Assembly (NCBI GenBank): GCA_023151275.1
Contig: JAKLJI010000001.1
Coordinates: 146,409-210,408 of the forward strand
From: Bacteroidia bacterium
GTDB taxonomy: Bacteria > Bacteroidota > Bacteroidia > UKL13-3
Length of the DNA: 64,000 nucleotides
Direction of reading: 5' to 3'
The notes under the pieces were generated by a model. The model had not been told where the DNA came from. It did not search any database and saw only the letters and a program-made list of their open reading frames with translations. This document shows, piece by piece, positions 1-8,898 of the stretch (position 1 is the first letter of the stretch; the number at the start of each line of letters is the position of its first letter). The position numbers were made by a program, and so were the translations under genes.

Positions 1-102
1 GGTAAGACTCACCAAAACCGGTTTACCCCTATTCAACAAGAAAAAAAAATCCAAACCCCTGGAATTAGCGCCGGGCACGAAACTTGTGTAACTTGCCTAA
101 GG

Positions 103-996
103 ATGATTAAGCAATTCAAAAAATACCTGTTTCTTTTTCTGGGATTGATCCTGGTGAATGCGCTTGAAGCGCAACGCAGCATACAGCTTCGGGATGAAAT
201 GGGTAAGCCAATGAAAATTCAAGCAAGCTTATTTATCAATGGTGAGTTTGCCGGCCAAAGCAATACAAATGGCTTGATAACACTGCCTGAATACGCCTCG
301 GGAAAAGACTTGTGCATTCGGCACATGGCCTACCAAGATACCTGCTTTTCGTGGCCTGAAAATTTCTCCCAACTCGATATTCCATTCAAACCAAAAACCT
401 ATGCCCTGAGAGAGGTAAGCATTCAATCAAAGCGAAGAAACAGGCAGAAGATGTTGGGCTGTTATACTTGCAAAGAACAAGGTAATTTTTACGGAACACC
501 CGGTACTATTCTTGGCCTGGAGATTCCGAACACCTTGAAGAAACGAGGAAAACTAAAAAGTCTGGACATTTTTTTAAGTGCATTGGGAAATCCACGAACC
601 CCATTTCGGATTCGGCTTTATACACCTGCACAAGGAAAAGACTCCTTAATCCCTCTGGAAGTTCAGTTACCTGAAGTAAGTTTTGAAACCAGAGGCAATG
701 AATGGGTAGGCTTTGAATTGGACACATTCCAGATTCCATTTCCTAAAGAAGGTTTAGTGGTTGCGATGGAATGGTTGGAAATCAGTGAAGCTTATCCGCA
801 TTCGCACAAGTACCGCATTGAAGGCCAGGCCGCGCAAATTGATTATTACGGCCAGGTTATGGGCGGTTCAACTTACTTGCGCGGTGAACATGCACTAAAG
901 ATTAAACCCGATAATTCATTTTCAAGGCTTCAAAAAGAAGATTGGGGAAGAACCTATTTTAACCCCATGATTCGGATTGAAATCAGCTATTACTAA
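103..996 (+). CDS. hypothetical secreted protein (N-terminal signal peptide)
   Basis: 297-aa ORF with a hydrophobic N-terminal signal (MIKQFKKYLFLFLGLILVNALEA). No recognisable catalytic motif. Its 3' end converges on and overlaps the sigma-factor gene by a few bases. Confidence 0.45.
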   Translation: MIKQFKKYLFLFLGLILVNALEAQRSIQLRDEMGKPMKIQASLFINGEFAGQSNTNGLITLPEYASGKDLCIRHMAYQDTCFSWPENFSQLDIPFKPKTYALREVSIQSKRRNRQKMLGCYTCKEQGNFYGTPGTILGLEIPNTLKKRGKLKSLDIFLSALGNPRTPFRIRLYTPAQGKDSLIPLEVQLPEVSFETRGNEWVGFELDTFQIPFPKEGLVVAMEWLEISEAYPHSHKYRIEGQAAQIDYYGQVMGGSTYLRGEHALKIKPDNSFSRLQKEDWGRTYFNPMIRIEISYY

Positions 997-1577
997 GGCC
1001 ACAAAAATTGAAGCAAGGCAAAGCCAATCCAGCAAATGTGATAGCGTAAACTCTGGCGCATGAGGTTGAGCGCTTTCGACATTTGATTTTCTACCGTTTT
1101 GACTGACAAATTAAGTTCACTTGCTATTTCATTGTAACTCATTCCGGCAAAACGGCTAAGGCGAAATATCAATCGACAACGTTCGGGAAGTGATTCGATA
1201 GCAGCAGAGATTGCCTGTTGCAAATCCTTGTATTGAGCCGCTTCCGTAACACTCACAGGTGCGGCATCTTCGTCTATTTCAGCCACGTATTCTCGTTGTG
1301 ATTTTTCGATTTTCTTTAAACAAGCATGCCTTACCGAGGTAAACAAATAACTCTTGAATGAAGTGCTAATCAGTAAGTCGTTGCGCTTTTCCCATATCCG
1401 TATAAAAACCTGCTGAACGGTATCCTCCGCCTCGTCTTCATCTTTTAGCAGTTCTCGAGCAAAGTGCCAAAGCATTTTGTGATACTGCTTATAAAGCTTC
1501 TCAAAAGCGGTCATATCATCCTGCTTCAGCAGTTGAAGCAGGTTCATTTCTTCTTCAAGCAATACCACTTTACTCAT
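993..1577 (-). CDS. RNA polymerase ECF-type sigma-70 factor
   Basis: Translation from ATG at 1577 (MSKVVLLEEEMNLLQLLKQDD...) shows sigma-70 region 2 (FEKLYKQYHKMLWHFA..IRIWEKR) and region 4 (LPERCRLIFRLSRFAGMSYNEIASELNLSVKTVENQMSKAL). The 56-aa N-terminal extension in the ORF track reads through the FecR gene in another frame and is discarded. Confidence 0.85.
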   Translation of the reverse strand: MSKVVLLEEEMNLLQLLKQDDMTAFEKLYKQYHKMLWHFARELLKDEDEAEDTVQQVFIRIWEKRNDLLISTSFKSYLFTSVRHACLKKIEKSQREYVAEIDEDAAPVSVTEAAQYKDLQQAISAAIESLPERCRLIFRLSRFAGMSYNEIASELNLSVKTVENQMSKALNLMRQSLRYHICWIGFALLQFLWP

Positions 1578-2529
1578 CGGTACAGGTTTTTCCGCTAAAG
1601 GTGATGGTATCTCCGTTCTGGGAACTTTCAAATCCAAGGGTAGTTTCAAGAATTTGCAGCACCTGTTCAAGGCTTTGGTTGGCAAATGTTCCGCTAAAGC
1701 GACACAAAGCCATATTCGCTTGCGAGAACTGAATGGTAACACCATACTTGGCTTCTAGGCGAATGGCAACTTCAGCCATGCGGGTATCCTCAAACTCCAG
1801 CAATCCGCGTTCAAAGCTTCCCGGTTCAAGATTCACTTGGGAAGGGTGAACCACAATTTTATCTCCGGTAAACAAACCGGTATTTCCGGCAAGCAGTATT
1901 TTTTCGGTTTGATTGGCAGCCGTAAACCTTACTTTTCCTTCTTCAACCTCAACCAAAGCTTTGCCAGATTCTTTGCGGTCTGTAAAGCGGAAGCGGGTTC
2001 CAAGCACCTCAATTTGTGTAGTAGACCCATTGATGTGAAATGGATGTTCTGCATCTTTAGCCACCCTGAATACTGCTTCTCCATTAAACTCAACCAAACG
2101 CTTATGGTCATCCATCTTGTACTTGAGTGTTGAATTGCGATTCAGCTCAACTTCGGTTCCATCAGGCAATGAAAAGGTTTTTACCTCATGGGCACCACTT
2201 GCAAAAGCCATGGTATCCGACTGCGGTAGCGGCACCAGCCACATGGCACCGAAGCTAATGGCAAATACCGCAGCGGCTGCCCAAACCCAGGAAGAAATTG
2301 GCTTTTTTGCCGATTTGCTCTTCAAAGCAAATTCAAGCTTTTTCCAACTTGCGTCGGTATCCGGAGCTTCTAAATCTTCCGAAGCCCGGTAGATGGCCAA
2401 AAGTTGTTCGTATTCAAGCTTGTTCTCCTCAGAAGCGGCGCACCAGTTCTGAAGTTCAAGCTGATCATCCGCAGAAAGTATTCCTTTCTCCCGGTCTCCA
2501 ATTCGTCTAAATAGTTCTGCGCTTTCCAT
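1570..2529 (-). CDS. FecR-family anti-sigma factor / transmembrane sensor
   Basis: 319 aa with an N-terminal cytoplasmic domain, a single TM (WVWAAAAVFAISFGAMWLV) and a FecR/DUF4974-like periplasmic domain. Its stop overlaps the sigma ATG by 8 bp. Confidence 0.85.
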   Translation of the reverse strand: MESAELFRRIGDREKGILSADDQLELQNWCAASEENKLEYEQLLAIYRASEDLEAPDTDASWKKLEFALKSKSAKKPISSWVWAAAAVFAISFGAMWLVPLPQSDTMAFASGAHEVKTFSLPDGTEVELNRNSTLKYKMDDHKRLVEFNGEAVFRVAKDAEHPFHINGSTTQIEVLGTRFRFTDRKESGKALVEVEEGKVRFTAANQTEKILLAGNTGLFTGDKIVVHPSQVNLEPGSFERGLLEFEDTRMAEVAIRLEAKYGVTIQFSQANMALCRFSGTFANQSLEQVLQILETTLGFESSQNGDTITFSGKTCTDE

Positions 2530-2571
2530 AGCAGTGATTTATGAGTAAGATACCTGAAAACGGCTTTTCCC

Positions 2572-3450
2572 CTATTTCAAGAAAAATGTTTTTTCTGAAT
2601 AGCCCTGAGAACCTGCAAATACGCCATAGGCATTTGAAAAACTTAGCGGCACAAAATAGGGTTCAACCAAATCTTCGCCCGAATTGGCCGCTTCAAAGGC
2701 TTTGTGAAAATTGAAATAATTTCGATCAATATTCAGCACCCCAAGCTTCAACCCAACCACTTGCATGCCTTCCAGCGGATACACATTCGTACTCGAAAAA
2801 CTCCAAGCCAGTTCTTGTCCATCTTTTCCTTCATCGCTTAGCATGGGAATACTATTGGAATAAATGGGCATGTAAAATGTATCTGCCTGGGGTTGATTTG
2901 GAACCGTATAGCCAATAAGCGGCAAAATCCGGTAATAATTTCGTTGTCCGGCTTGATCCGGAAAGCGTAATGAAATCTTGTACTGAGGCCCTGGTGAGTT
3001 GACTAAGGTATAGGTTTGGATATCACCCTGCATCTCTTCTGCGGGAATTTCGTACAAGCGAGGGAGCTTTATTTTCCCTGTAGCTTCCGGATAATCGCGC
3101 CATTTGATGCGTAGCGAATAATCGGCATCATCAACAAAAAACTCAGGCTGAGGAAAGGTTTGGTATACCTGGTCGATATCGTTGAAAAACAACTGAAGCT
3201 CTTCTTGTCCGTTGCTCATGAAAACCTGGGCATCTAAAATGGCCACCGAATCAAAATTATCAGGACCGAAAACTTTGCGTGTACGCAACACTTTGACGCG
3301 GATTCCATTTGGATTTTCTTTCTCTAAAAAGCAAGACGCGGAAAAAGGATACTTGGGTTGAAGGTTTTCAATAACCACCTTCTCCCGCAGGCAGGAACTA
3401 AAAAGGAGCAGACAAATTGCCCCAACAAACCAATTGAACTTTGCTACCAT
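2572..3450 (-). CDS. DUF4249-like lipoprotein (TonB-receptor companion)
   Basis: Lipoprotein-type signal (LLLFSSC). It lies immediately 3' of, and overlaps, the TonB-dependent receptor gene, the typical Bacteroidota receptor+DUF4249 pairing. Start is ambiguous (3462 or 3450). Confidence 0.55.
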   Translation of the reverse strand: MVAKFNWFVGAICLLLFSSCLREKVVIENLQPKYPFSASCFLEKENPNGIRVKVLRTRKVFGPDNFDSVAILDAQVFMSNGQEELQLFFNDIDQVYQTFPQPEFFVDDADYSLRIKWRDYPEATGKIKLPRLYEIPAEEMQGDIQTYTLVNSPGPQYKISLRFPDQAGQRNYYRILPLIGYTVPNQPQADTFYMPIYSNSIPMLSDEGKDGQELAWSFSSTNVYPLEGMQVVGLKLGVLNIDRNYFNFHKAFEAANSGEDLVEPYFVPLSFSNAYGVFAGSQGYSEKTFFLK

Positions 3451-6026
3451 ACTATTCGCCATGCAAAGGAGGGTAAAATGGGAAAAAAGCTTGCCATAAC
3501 CAGCTGGCTATTGCCTTCACCTGTTGTGTTTATGTAATAATAAAATGGATTTGCCCGGTTGTATGCATTGTACACACTAAAACTAAAAATTTGGGTATTG
3601 CTTAACTTATTGAGGGTATATCGCGCTCCCAAATCCAGGCGGTGAAAACTGGCTGTTCTGAAGGTGTTTTTCTCCGAATAATAGCGGATAGAATTGTTCA
3701 TTTCTTCGGCCATCAAGTATCCATTTTTTGATACGGGAGTATGCGTTGTTGCATTGAAATAGGCTTCAGGAATAGACATTGCAAAGCCGGAGCCAAAAAT
3801 CCAGGCTGCCGAAAAACTCCATTTAGCATTGGGTTTCCAAATGCCGGTCAAGTTAAGGTCGTGTCTTCTGTCGTAATACGCATCAAACCAATTGCCCAAA
3901 TTTATTTCAGCAAATTGCTGACTGGTTTTTGCCAGGTTATAGCAGAACCAGGCTTCAAGCTTTGGCTTAACATATTTCAAGCTAAACTCGGTTCCATACG
4001 ACTCGGATTGCCCTTGGGTGAGTAAGCGTTCAAAGTACTCCAGACCCAGGTTCAAATCAGCCATATCAGTAACCAGGCTAAAAAAGCCTTTGCCTTCGCG
4101 GAAAGAACTCACATTATACGCACGTTTGTAGTAAAATTCCTGAGCCAAAAACCAACCTTTACCTAACTCATAGCCATAACCCAAACTGGCTTGTCTGGCC
4201 TGTTGTGGAAGCAATTTTGCTGAACCTGGAATCCATATTTCGATGGGTAGCCCCATCATGCCCGAGCTAACCAAATTCAAAAACTGGCTCATGTGGGTAT
4301 AGCTGCCATTCAGATGCAATGCAGGACTAAGCTGATAATCCACCTGAATTCTGGGCTCCCAAGTTGTTGCCTGGTGCGCATCTACCGAAAAAAGATTTGC
4401 CCTCAAACCCAACATTACTTCCACATTGCGATTTGGGCGCCAATTATCTTCCAAATAAATAAACGACTCGTTTGCACTGATTTTATTTTCGATCAGTTTC
4501 TGCGTTTCTCCGCTTTGATCTTTTATTTCATTCAATGCGCTTGGATTGAAATTGTGGCGAATAGTTCCAAGTCCTAGTTTGAGAGCATGCGAATTGCTAA
4601 GCATGAAATCCTGGTCTACTTTCAAACCATAATCCTGAATGCCGGTATTGAACATCAAATTGGATGAGCCAACTGAATCGGAATTGCCGAAGGAAATTTT
4701 ACTTAGGTAGCTGGTATGATAGGCTGTGGTATTGATAAAATAACGCTCGCCCGCCTGCATGCTGTGCCTTATTGAAAATGCACGATTTCCCCAACGAATT
4801 GAAGCATTATCGCGGCTTAGGGATTCACTTGAAACAGAACTGAATTTATCATCACCCATATAAGCGCTTACATACAGGCGATTTCTGGTATTGATATCTG
4901 CATTCACCTTAAAATGCAGGTCGTAATAATAATATCCCGCTCGGTTATTTTCTTCAAAAAAAGGCCTGACAAGCAAATCCAAATAAGTCCGGCGCATGCT
5001 AATCAAAGCACTTGCTTTATCCTTCAAAATGGGACCATTGGCTTGCAAATGCGAAGCCAGAATTCCAATTCCTGCATCAGCATCCCAATTGCGTCGGTTT
5101 CCATCCTTTAGACTCATGCTAAGCACAGATGCGGTTCTTCCACCATACCTGGCCGAGAATCCACCCTTACTCAATTGCGCTTGTCTAAGCTCGGTACCAC
5201 TAAACAAGGAGTTGATTCCAAACAAATGATAGGCACTATAAATGGTGGCATCATCAACCATAACCAGGTTTTGATCGGGAGTACCGCCACGAATAAACAT
5301 GCCCTGATTGCTTTCCGTACCTTTTTGAACACCCGGCATTAAACTGAGGTATTTGATTACATCCGTTTCACCAAGCATGGCGGGCACTTCCGAAACCTGA
5401 CCCAAGGGGACATCAATCTTTTGAATGCCTTTGTTGATGTGGTCATTGCTAACCTTAATAACCACTTCTTCTAAGGCAGCATCGTTTTCAAGCTCGAAGT
5501 TTTGCTCGGTATTTTCGTGCAAATCAAAGGTGATTGAAAGGGTTTTATAACCAACATAAGTGAACCGAATCTGGTTCTTGCCCTCCGGTAGCATAAGGCT
5601 AAAAAAGCCATACAAATTGGTTTGAGTTGTATGGCGCAAGGAGTTATCGCCAATGCTCACCCCAATGAGATTCTCGCTGGTAGCCTTTTCGCGCACGTAG
5701 CCAAACAACCGAAACAACTTTACCTGTTTTTTGGAGATGGTAATGCCCGAAGACATGCGTTTAATTTCAACATCGGGTTCAGGAAAAAGCTGGGCAAGAA
5801 TTTCTTCCTGACTCATCTGACTGATTTGAACATCCACCTTGCGCTCAACGGGAAGGAAAGAGCTGGAATAGTAAATGCGGGTTCCGGTTATGGATTGAAG
5901 GGTATCTAAAACATCACGCAGGGTTTTGTTTTTGAGGCGAAGGGAAATTCTCTCCTGGGCAAAACCTGCACTCGGACCAACCAAAAAAAGCAGCAGAAAT
6001 AAAATGGGCAGTACGAATTTCCTCAT
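3444..6026 (-). CDS. TonB-dependent receptor/transducer with N-terminal STN signalling domain (FecA-like)
   Basis: 860 aa with a signal peptide and an STN-like segment (LRDVLDTLQSITGTRIYY) typical of sigma-coupled transducers. Plug/barrel region and C-terminal aromatic terminus (..SFAWRIVW). ATG confirmed at 6026. Confidence 0.8.
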   Translation of the reverse strand: MRKFVLPILFLLLFLVGPSAGFAQERISLRLKNKTLRDVLDTLQSITGTRIYYSSSFLPVERKVDVQISQMSQEEILAQLFPEPDVEIKRMSSGITISKKQVKLFRLFGYVREKATSENLIGVSIGDNSLRHTTQTNLYGFFSLMLPEGKNQIRFTYVGYKTLSITFDLHENTEQNFELENDAALEEVVIKVSNDHINKGIQKIDVPLGQVSEVPAMLGETDVIKYLSLMPGVQKGTESNQGMFIRGGTPDQNLVMVDDATIYSAYHLFGINSLFSGTELRQAQLSKGGFSARYGGRTASVLSMSLKDGNRRNWDADAGIGILASHLQANGPILKDKASALISMRRTYLDLLVRPFFEENNRAGYYYYDLHFKVNADINTRNRLYVSAYMGDDKFSSVSSESLSRDNASIRWGNRAFSIRHSMQAGERYFINTTAYHTSYLSKISFGNSDSVGSSNLMFNTGIQDYGLKVDQDFMLSNSHALKLGLGTIRHNFNPSALNEIKDQSGETQKLIENKISANESFIYLEDNWRPNRNVEVMLGLRANLFSVDAHQATTWEPRIQVDYQLSPALHLNGSYTHMSQFLNLVSSGMMGLPIEIWIPGSAKLLPQQARQASLGYGYELGKGWFLAQEFYYKRAYNVSSFREGKGFFSLVTDMADLNLGLEYFERLLTQGQSESYGTEFSLKYVKPKLEAWFCYNLAKTSQQFAEINLGNWFDAYYDRRHDLNLTGIWKPNAKWSFSAAWIFGSGFAMSIPEAYFNATTHTPVSKNGYLMAEEMNNSIRYYSEKNTFRTASFHRLDLGARYTLNKLSNTQIFSFSVYNAYNRANPFYYYINTTGEGNSQLVMASFFPILPSFAWRIVW

Positions 6027-6198
6027 GGTTTAACTTTTGGCCGGAGGGGCTTTTGCCTAAAGAAATAAATAAGCTGCCAAAATAATGAAAATACTAAAAA
6101 TTAAGCAAACACCCCTTCTGAGCGGTTATTTTAGTTCTCCATGAGGCGGTGAATGAATAAATTTTTCGATGAAATCAGTATTGACCAATTTCTTATTC

Positions 6199-6293
6199 AG
6201 CAATGATTTTAGGGTTGGAATGTGGCTTCTTCATTTCCTTCATCCCTTCATGGTTCTTATTTACCATGAAGGTATGAAGAGCATGAAGAGTTT
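6199..6293. repeat. REP/MITE-like hairpin repeat, copy upstream of the TA pair
   Basis: caatgattttagggttggaatgtggcttcttcatttccttcatcccttcatggttcttatttaccatgaaggtatgaagagcatgaagag. Inverted-repeat core CTTCATTTCCTTCAT..CCTTCATGG / CCATGAAGG..ATGAAGAG..ATGAAGAG. Same family as 7560-7840 and 31030-31503. Confidence 0.8.
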
Positions 6294-6491
6294 TCATGAA
6301 GAATAAAAGTTGATGAATTGAAGCTACTAAACTGTAAAGTCGTGAGATTTGCATGCTGCTGGTTCAATCCCTCGTGATTATTTCTCAATAAAGGGAAAAG
6401 GATTAATCCTATATACTTGAATCAGTCAAAGTAAATCGATTTCAAACACATTTTGCCACTAAAACACCAGCATAGAAAAATCCACCTATCA

Positions 6492-6523
6492 AAGACATTT
6501 GTCTTATATTCGTGTACAATTGT
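6492..6523 (+). promoter_or_regulatory. putative operator: two palindromes in the xre-RES promoter region
   Basis: AAGACAttTGTCTT (6492-6505, perfect 6-bp arms) and ACAATTGT (6516-6523) lie 20-50 bp upstream of the antitoxin ATG at 6542. Antitoxin autoregulation at palindromic operators is the established TA paradigm. Confidence 0.35.
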
Positions 6524-6541
6524 CTAAAAAACATTTCTGCA

Positions 6542-7030
6542 ATGACCAGACACGAGAAAATTGAAGGAAAACTTGACAAGGAGATTGCCGCTTTCTTCAA
6601 AACAAGTAAGTTAAGCCTACGCAGCAAGCAAGTTTCCTATGAGAAATTTCTGGAAGATAAAATGCTGATTATTGCAGCTATTCGAACGGGCATCCCCTAT
6701 TCTCTTTTTGAGTTGATTCAAAACTACACGCCATTTTCAGAGAATGATTGGGCCAACTTCCTTGATATTTCAACCAAATCACTTCAGCGGTATAGAACTT
6801 CCTCAGGGCATCATTTCAAGCCCATCCATTCTGAAAAAATTATTGAAATGGCAGAGGTTACCAAGGTTGGCCTAGATGTATTTGGAAATTCAGAAAAACT
6901 CAAATTGTGGCTAAACACACCCTGTTATGCTTTGGGAAAACTCAAACCCATTGAACTATTAAAAGACTCCTATGGCAAGGAAATGGTTATTGCTGAACTT
7001 AACAGGATTAACCACGGAATTCTGGTGTAA
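6542..7030 (+). CDS. Xre-family antitoxin with C-terminal DUF2384-like (MbcA/ParS-type) toxin-binding domain
   Basis: Directly precedes and abuts the RES gene (stop 7030, next ATG 7031). Size about 160 aa, N-terminal HTH-like region and C-terminal DUF2384-like segment (..NDWANFLDISTKSLQRYR...KIIEMAEVTKVGLDVFGNSEKLKLWLNTP..LGKLKPIELL). ATG 6542 is preferred over the ORF-track GTG 6512. Confidence 0.7.
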   Translation: MTRHEKIEGKLDKEIAAFFKTSKLSLRSKQVSYEKFLEDKMLIIAAIRTGIPYSLFELIQNYTPFSENDWANFLDISTKSLQRYRTSSGHHFKPIHSEKIIEMAEVTKVGLDVFGNSEKLKLWLNTPCYALGKLKPIELLKDSYGKEMVIAELNRINHGILV

Positions 7031-7489
7031 ATGAATGTGTATAGACTTGCCAGAGAAAAACATGCTACTCCTTTATCAGGCAAGGGTGCGGCAAGGTATG
7101 GAGCAAGGTGGAATCCGGTTGGAATTGAGTTAATTTATACAGCTCAAAATAGGTCATTGGCAATGGCAGAGGTTGCTGTCCATCTTACCTTAGCAACCTT
7201 GCCAGACGACTATTGCATGTTAACCATTGAAATTCCCGATGAGATAAAAGTAAAGCGCTTATCAGAAGCCGACTTGCCGCCTGACTGGAAAGAGTTCCCC
7301 CATCCTGCTTCAACCCAATCCATAGGAAGAGATTTTGTAACAGAGAATGAATACTGCTTGTTGATGATTCCTTCTGTTGTTACGCAAGGCGACTTTAATG
7401 TGTTAATCAACCCGAATCACATAGACTTCCCAAAAATCTCAATAAAAAGCATTGAGAAATTTCCATTCGACAAGCGGATTTTCAACTAA
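7031..7489 (+). CDS. RES-domain toxin (MbcT/ParT-type NAD+-targeting TA toxin)
   Basis: 152 aa. N-terminal signature (..AREKHATPLSGKGAARYGARWNPVGIELIYTAQNRSLAMAEVAVHL) with Arg/Glu/Ser positions typical of RES domains. Genetically coupled to the upstream Xre/DUF2384 gene. Confidence 0.8.
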   Translation: MNVYRLAREKHATPLSGKGAARYGARWNPVGIELIYTAQNRSLAMAEVAVHLTLATLPDDYCMLTIEIPDEIKVKRLSEADLPPDWKEFPHPASTQSIGRDFVTENEYCLLMIPSVVTQGDFNVLINPNHIDFPKISIKSIEKFPFDKRIFN

Positions 7490-7559
7490 ACCTGCGACCA
7501 ATCACATGCACCTCAAGATAAATCTATTTATTCCATTCCTGACCAACTCCTATACTACG

Positions 7560-7840
7560 CGCTAATACTCTTCATTTCCTTCATTCCTTCTTGGTTTTAT
7601 TTACCATGAAGGTATGAAGAGCATGAAGAGTTATTTCAGCAGATTTTTAATAAAAACCTTAGTGACTAAGCAACTATTGCCCAATGATTTTAGGGTTGGA
7701 ATGAGGCTTCTTCATTTCCTTCACCCTTCATGGTTTTTGTTTACCATGAATGTATGAAGAGTATGAAGAGTTATTTCAGCAGATTTTTTTGATTGAAACC
7801 TTATTTACTAGGCAACTATTGCCTGATGATTTCATGGTTA
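7560..7840. repeat. tandem array (2 full + 1 truncated copies) of the REP/MITE-like hairpin repeat
   Basis: Units of about 130 bp (gcaactattgcc-caatgattttagggttggaatgaggcttcttcatttccttcacccttcatggtttttgtttaccatgaatgtatgaagagtatgaagagttatttcagcagattttt) with hairpin cores at about 7568-7630 and 7706-7770. A third copy is truncated at 7813-7839. Confidence 0.8.
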
Positions 7841-7866
7841 AAAGGAGGTCCCTTCAAACCTCCATG
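7836..7866 (-). terminator. rho-independent terminator of the B12-uptake operon
   Basis: GGAGGT(7844-7849)-cccttcaa-ACCTCC(7858-7863). On the minus strand the stem is followed by a TTTTAA run. Lies just 3' of the gene ending at 7873. Confidence 0.55.
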
Positions 7867-7872
7867 GTTAGC

Positions 7873-8898
7873 TTACCTTAATGCTGCAAAAGAAGATACA
7901 TTTATTCCTGCTTTGAAACTTTGTCTAACACTAGCAGAATCATTGAGAATTAAAACTTCTGAAGCTTGAACATAATCTTTTACATCACTCAACCAAAAAC
8001 CGTTTTCATCTTTATACATGGCGTAAAGTGTTCGGCTACCCGCATTGAACCAAGCTGAAGTTGGTAATGAACTGCTTTGAAGAGGCATTCTGAAAACATC
8101 CTTTTTTAAGTAGTACAACTCCAGTTTTTCGGCATCCAGCCATAATGCTGTTGGTCCTTGCTCCGGCAAAAAATTCCAGGCTTTAATCAGCTGCCTGTTC
8201 AAACCAAAGCATTTCAAAAATCCGTTTTCCTGACCTTTACCTGTGCCGCAAATCCAAACCTGATTGTTTTGGGCATCAAATGCCATGTCCATATTTCCTT
8301 CACCGGTACTAAAACTATCCATCAACTCCAGGTTTAAGGATGAGATTATCATTACCTTGCCTCTGCTTTTATTCAAGGCCCAAATTTGATATGCACCGGG
8401 AATGAAAATCAATTTTTCGGTCCAACCATTGACTGCAATTTCACCATCCAATTTTCCGCTGAGTGTATTTAAAATCCAGATTTTGTTGGCATACAAATCG
8501 CTTATTAACGCCTTGCTATCGCTAATGGGCTCAATATAACGTGGAGAGGTAAGTCCGGATACTTCACCCTGTTCTTGAAGGCTTAATCGATTTAGCCACT
8601 TTACCTTTCCGCTGTTGTTTACAACACAATAAATCTTATCTCCAAAAATGCGCAACTGCTGCAAGACATCGCCAACATTTTTTTTGTTGATGGCTTTGTA
8701 CACATCCGGATGAAAGCTCCCCCTTTGAGGATTGTACAAACCCAAACTTGCATTGCCCCACATAAAATTTCCTTCTGCACCAATCAAAACAGTTCCTTGC
8801 AAAGAATCAACCGGAGCCGGCTGAGAACAGTCATCGCATTTGCTATCACAAGACTGAAAGAGAAATCCTAAAATCACCAAAATCAAAACACTTCTCAT
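7873..8898 (-). CDS. beta-propeller surface lipoprotein, YncE/BtuG-like (B12 locus)
   Basis: Start at ATG 8898 gives a lipoprotein signal (MRSVLILVILGFLFQSC) and overlaps the upstream stop (ATGA). Repeated blade-like segments. It is the last gene of the riboswitch-BtuB operon. The BtuG call is by context and fold type only. Confidence 0.55.
   Translation of the reverse strand: MRSVLILVILGFLFQSCDSKCDDCSQPAPVDSLQGTVLIGAEGNFMWGNASLGLYNPQRGSFHPDVYKAINKKNVGDVLQQLRIFGDKIYCVVNNSGKVKWLNRLSLQEQGEVSGLTSPRYIEPISDSKALISDLYANKIWILNTLSGKLDGEIAVNGWTEKLIFIPGAYQIWALNKSRGKVMIISSLNLELMDSFSTGEGNMDMAFDAQNNQVWICGTGKGQENGFLKCFGLNRQLIKAWNFLPEQGPTALWLDAEKLELYYLKKDVFRMPLQSSSLPTSAWFNAGSRTLYAMYKDENGFWLSDVKDYVQASEVLILNDSASVRQSFKAGINVSSFAALR

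Noticed and set aside
993-1745. Extended 250-aa version of the sigma-factor ORF
   Set aside because: The first 56 codons read through the C-terminus of the FecR gene in another frame. A genuine sigma-70 region 2 begins at the internal ATG (1577), which also overlaps the FecR stop.
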